This document shows positions 1 to 8,672 of a stretch of DNA of 64,000 nt, piece by piece (within the stretch, counting starts at the first letter, position 1; each line of letters starts with the position of its first letter). The stretch is from Anaerolineae bacterium. Its GTDB lineage: Bacteria; Chloroflexota; Anaerolineae; Aggregatilineales; Phototrophicaceae. Position numbers and translations under genes: made by a program. The notes below the pieces were generated by a model. It was not told the DNA's origin, made no database searches, and saw only the letters and a list, made by a program, of their open reading frames with translations. The DNA lies in the NCBI GenBank assembly GCA_022826865.1, contig JAJDUC010000047.1, positions 41,324 through 105,323 of the forward strand, written 5' to 3'.

Positions 1-129
1 GCTGGATCTCAGCCGCCTGTTTGCGCGGATTTAAGCGCGGCTTCCCCGTCGTAATCTCCCCATTACACAGCCCAACTCAGTCTTGTATACTGCGCCTCTG
101 TTTGCCCACGCGCGACAGGACGCCCCCAA

Positions 130-1056
130 TTGAATATTAAATCATTGCCATTCGTGATACTGCTTGCTTTTTTCTTCGGCTCCTCTATGGTTGTTTCCCG
201 CTTTAGCGTCAGCCAATTCGAACCGGCAACCTACATCGGCATACGCATGATCATTTCCAGCATGCTGGCGATGCTGGTCTACGCGGCGCTCACCGGCCGC
301 CGCTTGCCGCGCGATCGCGAACTATGGAAACGAGCCTCGGTGCTTGGCGTATTCGGCACGGCCGTCCCGATGACCTGCGTGATCACCGCCCTGCAGTATC
401 AATCGACCGGCATTACTTCCCTGATGCTTTCGGCCGCGCCCGCTTTGACGATTTTGATTGCGCACCTTGTCTTGCCCGACGAATTGCTCAACCGGCGCAA
501 GGTCATCGGCGTTGGCCTGGCCCTGGCCGGCGCTCTGATGCTTGCGCTCAGCGGGGAGGACGGCTTGCCCGATGTCAGCGCAAGCGCGCCGACGGGTTAT
601 CTTTTGACGGGAATCGCGGTGGTGTTCAGCGCGGTGACTGTCGTATACGCCCGCAGATACCTGCGCGGCTACGACGCCTACGATGTCGGCAGCATCCGCA
701 TCTTTTCGACCGCGCTGGCTGTGGCGCCTTATTCGCTATTGACGGTCGGTTTCGATGTGAGCGCGGTTGACGGCGCCGGCGTGCTCGCCCTGCTCTATTC
801 CGCGCTCGTCGGCACCTTCCTCGGTTTGCTGCTGTCCTTTTACAATGTGAAGCGCTTCGGAGCGACGCCGGCGGTGATGGCCACATACATCATTCCGATT
901 GTGGCCGGCGTTGGCGGCGTGCTCTTCCTGGGCGAGGTGATCACCCCGACGATGGTCTTCGGCATGGCGGTGATCGTCAGCGGGATTGCACTGCTGCAAG
1001 AGTACAAGAAGCCGGCCGGGGTATTACGCCGCTTTCCGCATCGCGGCTCCTATTGA
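130..1056 (+). CDS. EamA/DMT-family membrane permease
   Basis: 308-aa ORF with a TTG start. It is almost entirely hydrophobic, with about 10 TM segments in two similar halves, as in EamA-repeat transporters. The overlapping ORFs look like GC-rich shadow frames. Confidence 0.75.
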   Translation: MNIKSLPFVILLAFFFGSSMVVSRFSVSQFEPATYIGIRMIISSMLAMLVYAALTGRRLPRDRELWKRASVLGVFGTAVPMTCVITALQYQSTGITSLMLSAAPALTILIAHLVLPDELLNRRKVIGVGLALAGALMLALSGEDGLPDVSASAPTGYLLTGIAVVFSAVTVVYARRYLRGYDAYDVGSIRIFSTALAVAPYSLLTVGFDVSAVDGAGVLALLYSALVGTFLGLLLSFYNVKRFGATPAVMATYIIPIVAGVGGVLFLGEVITPTMVFGMAVIVSGIALLQEYKKPAGVLRRFPHRGSY

Positions 1057-1059
1057 CCT

Positions 1060-1821
1060 TCAGTCCACCTTGCAAACGTCGTAGGCTTGCTGCAAGGCCG
1101 CCTTCCAATCGCCCGTCGGCGTAAATTCCTGGCCGACATAATTGCTGAAGCCGGTCTCGGCGATCGCCCGACAAATGGCGCCGTAGTTCAGTTCCTGCGT
1201 CTCATCCAGTTCATGCCGCCCGGGCACGCCGGCGGTGTGATAATGCGCGAACCACTGATGGTTGTCGCGGATCGTCTGGATGACATCGCCTTCCATGACC
1301 TGCATGTGATAGATGTCGTAGAGCAAGCGGGCATTGGGCGAATTCACCGCCGAGACCACCTGGACACCCCAGTCCGTACGGTCGCACTGATAATCGGGAT
1401 GGTTCACCTTGCTGTTCAGCAGTTCCAGAATGAGCACGATGCCGGCCGATTCGGCGGCGCGGGCCAGTTGCTCCAAATGCATGATGGCGTTCTCGGCCCC
1501 GCGCGCATCGTCCAAACCTTCGCGATTGCCGCTGAAAGCGATCAGATAGGGGATTTCCCAATCGACGGCGAGTTTCAGGCTCGCTTCGGACTGCCGCTTG
1601 ATGCCGTCCCAATATTTGGTATGGCTGATGCCCTGGGGCAGCGGCACGTGCAACATATGGGTGGCGATCTTCATGCCCTGATCGCGCACAAGCTGAAACT
1701 TCTCGACGGGCACCATCTCCAGCCCCGTATATCCGATCGCTTTGCAGGTCTCGATCAGATCAAGCTCATCAATATCCTCGCGAGCGTAACACCACCAGGC
1801 TACCGACTGTTCAAATGCCAT
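1060..1821 (-). CDS. Xylose-isomerase-like TIM-barrel protein (hydroxypyruvate-isomerase-like)
   Basis: 253 aa. The N-terminus (WWCY...GYTGLEMVP) and the C-terminal HYHTAGVPGRHE-type motif resemble Hyi / sugar-phosphate isomerase-epimerase TIM barrels. Its start lies 3 nt after the recJ stop on the same strand. Confidence 0.65.
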   Translation of the reverse strand: MAFEQSVAWWCYAREDIDELDLIETCKAIGYTGLEMVPVEKFQLVRDQGMKIATHMLHVPLPQGISHTKYWDGIKRQSEASLKLAVDWEIPYLIAFSGNREGLDDARGAENAIMHLEQLARAAESAGIVLILELLNSKVNHPDYQCDRTDWGVQVVSAVNSPNARLLYDIYHMQVMEGDVIQTIRDNHQWFAHYHTAGVPGRHELDETQELNYGAICRAIAETGFSNYVGQEFTPTGDWKAALQQAYDVCKVD

Positions 1822-1824
1822 GTC

Positions 1825-4134
1825 CTAACCACCGATCTCCATTTTCAGCCAATAATTGCGATAAGCGCGGCTTTCCCGCAGGAGCCCCTCCAGCCGTTCC
1901 AGGCGCTGCGCCAGGTCATCACCCCGCTCTCGCTTGACAAGCGCCAACTGATAGCGTCCGCTTGCCGTCGCCTGAAAGTCGAGTTTACCCAGCGCGCCCA
2001 GCACTTGCAATCCGGATTGGGCGGCCCGTTCGCGCTCTCCCAATGCCGCCGCCATTTCCTCCAGGCCCGCTTCGCCGCCGCGCTGGCTGACGGCGAATTT
2101 GACGAGGCCCGCCAGCCGCTCCAGGAAGGCCTTTGTCTCCTTTGTCTCCTTTGTCTTCCGGGCGTCGGGCCGTCGTCCGAAAAGGATCAGGCGCTCGGGA
2201 TTCACGCTTCGCAGGGCCGCCGACCAAATCTGGGCCGAGGGTGGCGCCGTCCAGACGACAAGCGTGGCCGCGGCATCCAGTTGCAAGCGGGAGACGGCCC
2301 CTGGCGGCTGCTGCACTTCCGCCCAGACCAGGGCATCGGGATACTGCGCCAGGGCTGATTCCAGGTCCGCTCGCGGCGCGGCGCTGGCGCGATAGTCAAT
2401 CATCTCATAAGCCGGTTCAGCCGGCTGCAGATCGACGGGCGCCTCGCTGCGGGAGCGGTAATCCAGCCATTCCACCAGGGTTTCGCGCTTTCCCTTGTAG
2501 CTGCTCGTCCGCAGGGTGAAGGCGAGGTCGAAGCGGCCTTGGGGCAAATCTGCCGCAGCGCCGCGCCACCAGATGACCGGCTGCCGCCGGCCGTCCGCAT
2601 CTTCAACTTCGACTTGCAGGTGCTCGCGACGGCGGCCAAGCCCCTTGCTGCCGGCCAGCTTCAAATCGCGCGCCGCCAATGTCAGCGGGGGGTTGCCATT
2701 GCCGAAGGGCGCCAGCCGTTCGATATCCGCCGTCAATTCATCGGAGACGTCGGACAGATTCACATAGCCGTCGATGTTCAGCGCGGGCGCGGCGGCCAGA
2801 TCGACGCCCAGTCCGCGAATAACAGTCGACAAGGCGCGGCGGAAGTCAACGATGCTGTCGGCTGGCAAGCTGAGGCCGGCCGCCATGCTATGCCCGCCGT
2901 AACGGTCCAGCAGATGCGCCACCTGCCCAAACGCGTTTGTGATATCGACGCCGGCGATGGAGCGCGCCGAGCCACGACCGACCGCGGCGGGCGCGGCGAT
3001 GAGCACGGCCGGACGCGCAAATTCTTCCACGAGGCGGCTGGCGACGATGCCGATAACGCCGCTGTGCCAGTCGGACTGGCTGAGCACGAGGGCGGCATAA
3101 TCCAGCAGCCAGGGTTCATTTTCAATTTGCGCGAGCGCCGATTCATAGACCTGGTTGGATAGATACTTGCGCCGGGCGTTGTAGCTCTCCAGCCTGTGCG
3201 CGAGGACCCGGGCCCGCGCCCAATCATCGCTGGTCAGCAGCTCGACCGCGGCGCTGGCGTCATCGAGCCGTCCCAAGGCATTCAAGCGCGGCGCGATGGC
3301 GAAGCCGATATGCCCTTCGTTGAGATCGGCCGCGGGAATCCCCGCCCGTTCCAGAATGGCGCGAATGCCGAGGCGCCGATTCTCCCGCAGCCGCTCCAGG
3401 CCGCGCTGCAAGAGGTAACGCGTGTCGTCCACCTGCGCCATCACATCGGAGACGATGCCAAGCGCTACCAGATCGAGCAGATCATCGGCGCCGTCCGGAT
3501 CCAGCGCCTCGATTAACTTGTAAGCGACGCCAACGCCGGGCAATTCACGCAAGGGGTGGCCGGCGGGCAAACGCTGCGAATTCACCACGACGGCGGCAGG
3601 CAGAGCCTCGGGCAAGGCATGATGATCGGTGATGAGCGCCTCGACGCCGCGACTGGCGGCGTAGTCAACGGCTTCATGCGCCGTCACGCCGGTATCGCAG
3701 GTCAAAATCAAGTCGACGCCGTGATCGAGGCGCTGCTTCAGGGTTGGCAGGTGGATGCCGTGGCCTTCGCTGAAGCGGTTGGGCACATGGTATTTGACTT
3801 GGGCGCCGCGCCGACTCAGCGCTGAGTAAAGGAGGGCGGTGGCCGTCTGCCCGTCGACATCGAAGTCGCCCCAAATCAGAATCCGCTCCTTGGCGCGGAT
3901 GGCGCGCTCGAGGCGCTCGACAGCGCGGTCGATATCGGGCAGGTCGGCCGCCGGCGCCGGTGAGTAGTTCGCGGCGGACAGGAAGCGCTGGGCGGAGGCG
4001 GGACTTGTGATGCCGATGCGCACCAAATGCTCGACGAGCAATCGGCGGCCGCCGACAGCCGCGCGCAGCGCCTCCGGCACGGCGACCGGGGCGGGCTCCT
4101 TCCATTCGCGGCGGAGGCGCTCGCGCCTGTTCAT
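1825..4134 (-). CDS. recJ: Single-stranded-DNA-specific exonuclease RecJ (DHH/DHHA1) with a long C-terminal extension
   Basis: 769 aa. DHH-family motifs occur in order: ILIWGDFDVDGQTA, LILTCDTG, LITDHHAL, GGHSMAAG. The C-terminal ~200 aa are not recognisable and contain an in-frame KET repeat. Confidence 0.85.
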   Translation of the reverse strand: MNRRERLRREWKEPAPVAVPEALRAAVGGRRLLVEHLVRIGITSPASAQRFLSAANYSPAPAADLPDIDRAVERLERAIRAKERILIWGDFDVDGQTATALLYSALSRRGAQVKYHVPNRFSEGHGIHLPTLKQRLDHGVDLILTCDTGVTAHEAVDYAASRGVEALITDHHALPEALPAAVVVNSQRLPAGHPLRELPGVGVAYKLIEALDPDGADDLLDLVALGIVSDVMAQVDDTRYLLQRGLERLRENRRLGIRAILERAGIPAADLNEGHIGFAIAPRLNALGRLDDASAAVELLTSDDWARARVLAHRLESYNARRKYLSNQVYESALAQIENEPWLLDYAALVLSQSDWHSGVIGIVASRLVEEFARPAVLIAAPAAVGRGSARSIAGVDITNAFGQVAHLLDRYGGHSMAAGLSLPADSIVDFRRALSTVIRGLGVDLAAAPALNIDGYVNLSDVSDELTADIERLAPFGNGNPPLTLAARDLKLAGSKGLGRRREHLQVEVEDADGRRQPVIWWRGAAADLPQGRFDLAFTLRTSSYKGKRETLVEWLDYRSRSEAPVDLQPAEPAYEMIDYRASAAPRADLESALAQYPDALVWAEVQQPPGAVSRLQLDAAATLVVWTAPPSAQIWSAALRSVNPERLILFGRRPDARKTKETKETKAFLERLAGLVKFAVSQRGGEAGLEEMAAALGERERAAQSGLQVLGALGKLDFQATASGRYQLALVKRERGDDLAQRLERLEGLLRESRAYRNYWLKMEIGG
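2130..2156. repeat. Three perfect tandem copies of the 9-nt unit CCTTTGTCT inside recJ
   Basis: Read directly: cctttgtct x3 at 2130-2138, 2139-2147 and 2148-2156. On the minus strand this encodes the K-E-T-K-E-T-K run in the RecJ C-terminal extension (..RKTKETKETKAF..). Confidence 0.9.
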
Positions 4135-5327
4135 CAGGGGGCCAGCGCCCGCTCCTCTACAACGGTCAAACCCTCTTCCGCCAGATCCATGTTCAGGCCG
4201 GGCGCGCTAGGCAGCTCGATATGCCCGTCGACCGGCACGAGCTTATGCTTGTAGAAAACATTCGTCAGCCGGCCGATCTGGAAAAGCCATTCTTGCATCG
4301 GGCAAGTCGTCAGGGCTTGCGAGGCGATCAAATGGGTCGAGGGCCAGCCGCCGTGATGCGGGATGACGGGAATGGCGTAGGCCGAAGCCAAGGCGCAGAT
4401 CTTGGTCATTTCGGTCAAGCCGCCGGCCCAGGTCACATCGGCCTGCAAGATATCGACCGCCCGCGCGTCCAGCAGCGCCTTGATGCCCCAGCGCGTATAC
4501 TCGTGCTCGCCGCCGCTGATGAAGATGCCGCGGGCTTCGCGCCGCAATTCGGCGTATTGCGGGATAAGATCGGCCAGCACCGGCTCCTCGAACCAATAGG
4601 GGCGATATTCAGCCGAGAGTTCAATCATGCGCAAGGTGTAGGGAACGCTCCAACTGCTCCAGGCGTCGAACATGAGCTCGGCATCGGGGCCGGCCGCCTC
4701 GCGCGCGGCGCGGATGACGGCCAGATTCCGGCGGATGCCCGGCTCGCCGTCTTTGGGCGCGCAGGGCATGAACCACTTGAAGGCAGTAAAACCTTGCGCC
4801 AGGAAGTGTCGTGTGCGTTCGATTACATCGGCGGGATCCACCGAATAACCCAGCATTGAGGCATAGGCGCGGATGCGGCTGCGCGAGGGCCCGCCGAGCA
4901 GTTGATAGACGGGCGCGCCCAGCAGCTTGCCTTTGAGGTCCCAGAGCGCCAGATCGACCTTGCTGAGCGCCATCATCGGGTTGCCTTTGCGACCGTGGAT
5001 GGCGTGGCGGTACATCTTGTCCCAAATGCGCTCAATCGCGTGCGGGTCTTCGCCGATCAGGATATCGCTGAAATAGCGCTGGATGATTTCGATATCTTCG
5101 GCATCGACGGGTCCGCAGATGCCGGTGGCGCCGGCGTCGCAGTCAATGAGCAGAAAGCGCGCCGTCACCGGATAGGGCGGCCCGCTCGAGGTGTCGACGG
5201 GCCAGGGCGGGTCCGCGGCCAGTTCCGGGTAGATGCTGGCTGGGCGGGACAGAAAGGCCTCGCCCAGCGGCTCCTGGTAGTCCCATTCAGCGGAAACGCG
5301 CAGGCTGCGGATGCGGTCGATTTTCAT
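4134..5327 (-). CDS. Enolase-superfamily enzyme (mandelate racemase / muconate lactonizing family, probable sugar-acid dehydratase)
   Basis: 397 aa. It has an MR/MLE-type barrel with metal-ligand-type motifs (MFDAWSSW, YWFEEPV, SGGEHEYT) and KVDLALWDLKGK in the capping region. Its stop overlaps the recJ start by 1 nt (TGATG). Confidence 0.8.
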   Translation of the reverse strand: MKIDRIRSLRVSAEWDYQEPLGEAFLSRPASIYPELAADPPWPVDTSSGPPYPVTARFLLIDCDAGATGICGPVDAEDIEIIQRYFSDILIGEDPHAIERIWDKMYRHAIHGRKGNPMMALSKVDLALWDLKGKLLGAPVYQLLGGPSRSRIRAYASMLGYSVDPADVIERTRHFLAQGFTAFKWFMPCAPKDGEPGIRRNLAVIRAAREAAGPDAELMFDAWSSWSVPYTLRMIELSAEYRPYWFEEPVLADLIPQYAELRREARGIFISGGEHEYTRWGIKALLDARAVDILQADVTWAGGLTEMTKICALASAYAIPVIPHHGGWPSTHLIASQALTTCPMQEWLFQIGRLTNVFYKHKLVPVDGHIELPSAPGLNMDLAEEGLTVVEERALAP

Positions 5328-5489
5328 TTCAGGCCCTCCTTTGCCAACAGAAAGTATAAGTCATGTGTCATGCGCTTGTCTTCAAGAATTCGCCACTAAG
5401 GACAACGCGCCTATGCCTAATGCCAAAACTTGAAGTAAACGCAAGAAAGCAATTGAAAAAATGCGCATCGTTTTTCGCGGCATACTTGC

Positions 5490-5558
5490 GGGCGACCCAA
5501 GGGTCGCCCCTACGGCAAAAGAGGAGACTCGGTTTACGGGCGAGCCGGTGGCTCGCCC
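5490..5558. repeat. Two adjacent GC-rich REP-like hairpins (GGGCGACCC-aa-GGGTCGCCC and GGGCGAGCC-ggt-GGCTCGCCC)
   Basis: Perfect 9-bp stems at 5490-5498/5501-5509 and 5538-5546/5550-5558, in the 300-nt gap between the nuclease stop and the dehydratase start. Related hairpins occur at 36228-36248 and 36272-36292. Confidence 0.7.
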
Positions 5559-5626
5559 ACCCTTGCTTCAAAATGCCCAGCAGATTTTGCACGACTTACT
5601 TGCGTTTTCTGACTCTCTAAGGCAAT

Positions 5627-6448
5627 TCAAAACTCAATCTCCGCAATCTGATCAAAATCCAGCGCAAGCGCGTCTTCGTCCTCTTCGGCATCGTCAAAGT
5701 CGAAATCATTAAAATCACCAGCTTCGCCTCGGTCGCAATAGGAGCGGTAATTGCAGAAACGGCAGCGCCGCTCGTCCTCCGTCAGCGGGAATTCAGCCGC
5801 CGCGTCAATGGCCCCGACCATGTCCGTCAGCCGCGTTTCGTCCGCCTCCATCTGCGCTGCCGAGTAGGGGAAACTGAGGCGAGCGCCACCGGCCGCCACA
5901 TAGACATAATCCATGCGGATGCGCTCCGGCGGGATGGGGCCGCCGTAGATTTGCGCGCCAGCGCTCGCCAGCACATAGCGGTAGACGACGGTCTGCATGC
6001 GATTCGCCAGGGCCTTGCGGAGCGGCAGGCGCGCGCCCGTCTTCCAGTCGATGATGACCGCCTCCCCGCCCGGCTCCAGCGCCAGCAGGTCATACTTGGC
6101 AAGCAGGCGCTGGCCGGCGAGCGAACTCTCCAGCGTGGTTTCCGCCCGGCGCTCGCGCGGCAAACCGTCCAAGCCTTTACTCAGGGCGATTTCCCACCAA
6201 GCCCGCAACTCGTCATCATCAGCGAGCGAGCGCGCCAGCAGATCGGCCGGCACGCCGAGAAGATGCTGTTGCAGCAGCTTGTGAAAGCGCTGGCCCTTTC
6301 GGATGCGCGCTTCGTAATCCAGCGCCTGCCGCACTTCCAGCGCCGGGTAACGCATGCGCCTGAGATAGCGCAGTTCGAAGCGGCGGGGGCAGTCGGCATA
6401 ATCACCCAGGCTGCCCTGGGTGAAGGCGAAATCAGCGCTGAGCTTCAT
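5627..6448 (-). CDS. PD-(D/E)XK (RecB/AddB/Cas4-type) nuclease with a four-cysteine Fe-S 'iron staple' signature
   Basis: 273 aa. It has an N-terminal Cys (GDYADCPRRF), the RecB-family core IIDWKTG and QTVVYRY, and a C-terminal CRFCNYRSYC (CxxCx5C). It overlaps the upstream helicase gene by 17 nt. Confidence 0.75.
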   Translation of the reverse strand: MKLSADFAFTQGSLGDYADCPRRFELRYLRRMRYPALEVRQALDYEARIRKGQRFHKLLQQHLLGVPADLLARSLADDDELRAWWEIALSKGLDGLPRERRAETTLESSLAGQRLLAKYDLLALEPGGEAVIIDWKTGARLPLRKALANRMQTVVYRYVLASAGAQIYGGPIPPERIRMDYVYVAAGGARLSFPYSAAQMEADETRLTDMVGAIDAAAEFPLTEDERRCRFCNYRSYCDRGEAGDFNDFDFDDAEEDEDALALDFDQIAEIEF

Positions 6449-8672
6449 GGACCGCTCCCTTCTCGCGCTCGCCTTCCCAGAATGTCCGCAGCGCCAGAAG
6501 CGGCGTGGCTTCCGCGGCGTCGCCGCGGCCGGTATTCCAGGTGATGGTCAAGGCTTTGCGCGCGCGCGTGATGCCGACATAAAGCAGGCGCAGGCGCTCG
6601 GCAGCGTAATCGATGCGCGCCTTCAAGCTGGCGCCGCCCTCGCGATAGTCCTGCCCCTCCCGTAGAGCCTCCAACTGCGCCAGCGCTTCCGCCGACAGAT
6701 TGAGGTCATCGCGGATGTACCATTTTTCGCCGATGAAACTGTCGTCGGGGTCGGCCGAGGGGAAATCATAATTGTTGACCGAGACCAGGTAGACGCGGTC
6801 CCATTCCAGGCCCTTGGCTTTGTGCAGCGTGGTTACGGTGACTTTGCCGCGATGCGCATCGGGGTCGAATTGGCTTTCGTCATCGCCCAGGCCGCTGAAG
6901 CGCCGCTTGTTTTCGGCGATTTCAAAGAGCTCGGCGGCGAAGTCGGGAAGGCGCATGAGCGGATGCGCCTCCGCCAGCCGCGCGAGGTGCAGGGCGACCA
7001 TGTGCGCGGTGGCGATATCGCTCACGGCGCGGAATATGTCGCCGCCGACGCTGAGGGTTAATTGGTCGATCGGCATCTCGGCCGCGCGCAGCCAACTGCC
7101 GACTTGCTCGCGAAATCTAGCAAGTTGCGCCCGCAGCTCGGCCTGATCGTCGGCGCTGAGCGTCTCTTCCAGCCAATCGCTCAGGCGGGGCGCGACCAAG
7201 TCTTCGACATTTTTGATGCGGCGCAGGCCATCCGCCACGCGCTTGATTTCGGCCGCAGCCTCGGCATCTTCGCGCTCGTCGCGCCGCCAGACGCGATAGA
7301 CCTCCGCCAGTTTGCCCGCGCTTTTGGGATCGGCCAGATAACCCAGCACACGCGCCAAGGCGCCCACCACGGCACGTGTTGTCGATGTGCTATTGAGGTT
7401 TTCCACATAGGGGACGCCACTTTGCCGCAAGAACTTCACGATCTCCGAACCGCGGCCGTTGCGCGCGACGAGGATCGCCGCCGTCCCGTCCGGATTCTGC
7501 GACAGCCAGCGCTGGCAAGAGGCCGACACCAACATCGCTTCTTTGGTCGCGCTATAGTTCTCCCCCAGGAGCTGGACGGCCTCGGGCATGTCCGGTGGAT
7601 TCGGCTGCGGATCGCCGGGCGGCGTCGGCAGAATGTATGGCACCGTCAGCGGCGTACGCGCGCGCAGCGCCGGCTGCGGATGCCGCAGGGACCAGGCGAT
7701 CAGCTGATTGGCCAGCTTCTGGATGCTATGCGTGCTTCGCCCGGAATTGGGCAATTCGCGGCCGTCGACGGCGGGATCGGCGATGAAATCCCGCAGGTAC
7801 TTGGGGTCAGCGGTGGTGAATGTTTCGAAGATGGCCTGATTGGGGTCGCCGACGCGCAGCCAATTGCCGCCGTCGCCGGACAGCAGGCGCAAGATGCTCT
7901 CTTGCAAGCGGGAGCTGTCCTGGGCCTCGTCTTCCAGGATATAGACCCATTTCCGCCGCAGTTGCGCCAGGTAATCCGGCTCGTTTTGCAGAATCGTCAG
8001 CGCCAGGCGGATGAGATCCTGAAAGTCGACCGCGCCGCGGTATGCCAGCGCGCGATCGTAATCCGCATAAATCTCGGCGCAGATCGCCGCTAATGGCAAT
8101 TCGTCCGCGCGCCGCTCCAGAAGTCGACGCAGGGCGGCCGGCGTCAACAATTCATCTTTGGCCTGGCCGATGAAACTGCGGGCCGTCTCCAGCAGGATTT
8201 CGCTCCATTTCTGCGTGCGATAAAAGCCCTTGCGCGCGTATTCCGAACCCAGGTAGCTATCGGGCGCTTCCGGATTGCGGCGGATCCAGGCGTCGATCGC
8301 GCTCGCCAGCAATTCACCGCTTTCGCGGTCGTCAACAATCGTAAAATTGTCATCGAGTCCGGCCGCTGTCGGCTTCTGCCGGACGATATCATGCGCCAGG
8401 CTGTGCAAGGTGCGCACGCGGTAGCCGTATCCCGGCAAAAAACCATCGTCTTTGACATAGCTGTTGATCTGGCGCGCGAAGTTGGCAACCGCGGCATTGA
8501 CCAGGGTCACAATCAAAATCTCTTGACCGCGGCTCAATTCGGTTTCCGCCAGCAAACGCGCCGCCAGGTAGGAAAGCGTCGCGGTCTTGCCGCTGCCCGG
8601 CACAGCCGCCACCCCCATGTAACCGCGCCGAAATTTGAGCACTTCCGCCTGTTTCGGCCTGGGCTTAAACAT
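6432..8672 (-). CDS. UvrD/Rep/AddA-type SF1 helicase (motor motifs intact)
   Basis: The start is taken at the MFKPRPKQ ATG (8672), 2 nt after the upstream stop; the ORF track extends it to 8741. Motifs: Walker A AVPGSGKT, motif II LEDEAQD, TLHKAKGLEWD, YVGITRARK. Confidence 0.85.
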   Translation of the reverse strand: MFKPRPKQAEVLKFRRGYMGVAAVPGSGKTATLSYLAARLLAETELSRGQEILIVTLVNAAVANFARQINSYVKDDGFLPGYGYRVRTLHSLAHDIVRQKPTAAGLDDNFTIVDDRESGELLASAIDAWIRRNPEAPDSYLGSEYARKGFYRTQKWSEILLETARSFIGQAKDELLTPAALRRLLERRADELPLAAICAEIYADYDRALAYRGAVDFQDLIRLALTILQNEPDYLAQLRRKWVYILEDEAQDSSRLQESILRLLSGDGGNWLRVGDPNQAIFETFTTADPKYLRDFIADPAVDGRELPNSGRSTHSIQKLANQLIAWSLRHPQPALRARTPLTVPYILPTPPGDPQPNPPDMPEAVQLLGENYSATKEAMLVSASCQRWLSQNPDGTAAILVARNGRGSEIVKFLRQSGVPYVENLNSTSTTRAVVGALARVLGYLADPKSAGKLAEVYRVWRRDEREDAEAAAEIKRVADGLRRIKNVEDLVAPRLSDWLEETLSADDQAELRAQLARFREQVGSWLRAAEMPIDQLTLSVGGDIFRAVSDIATAHMVALHLARLAEAHPLMRLPDFAAELFEIAENKRRFSGLGDDESQFDPDAHRGKVTVTTLHKAKGLEWDRVYLVSVNNYDFPSADPDDSFIGEKWYIRDDLNLSAEALAQLEALREGQDYREGGASLKARIDYAAERLRLLYVGITRARKALTITWNTGRGDAAEATPLLALRTFWEGEREKGAVHEAQR

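Noticed and set aside
1087-2358. 423-aa plus-strand ORF overlapping the isomerase and recJ genes
   Set aside because: It is antisense to two ORFs with clear family motifs. Its Arg/Ala/Gly/Pro-rich composition is typical of shadow frames in GC-rich DNA. It has no motif.
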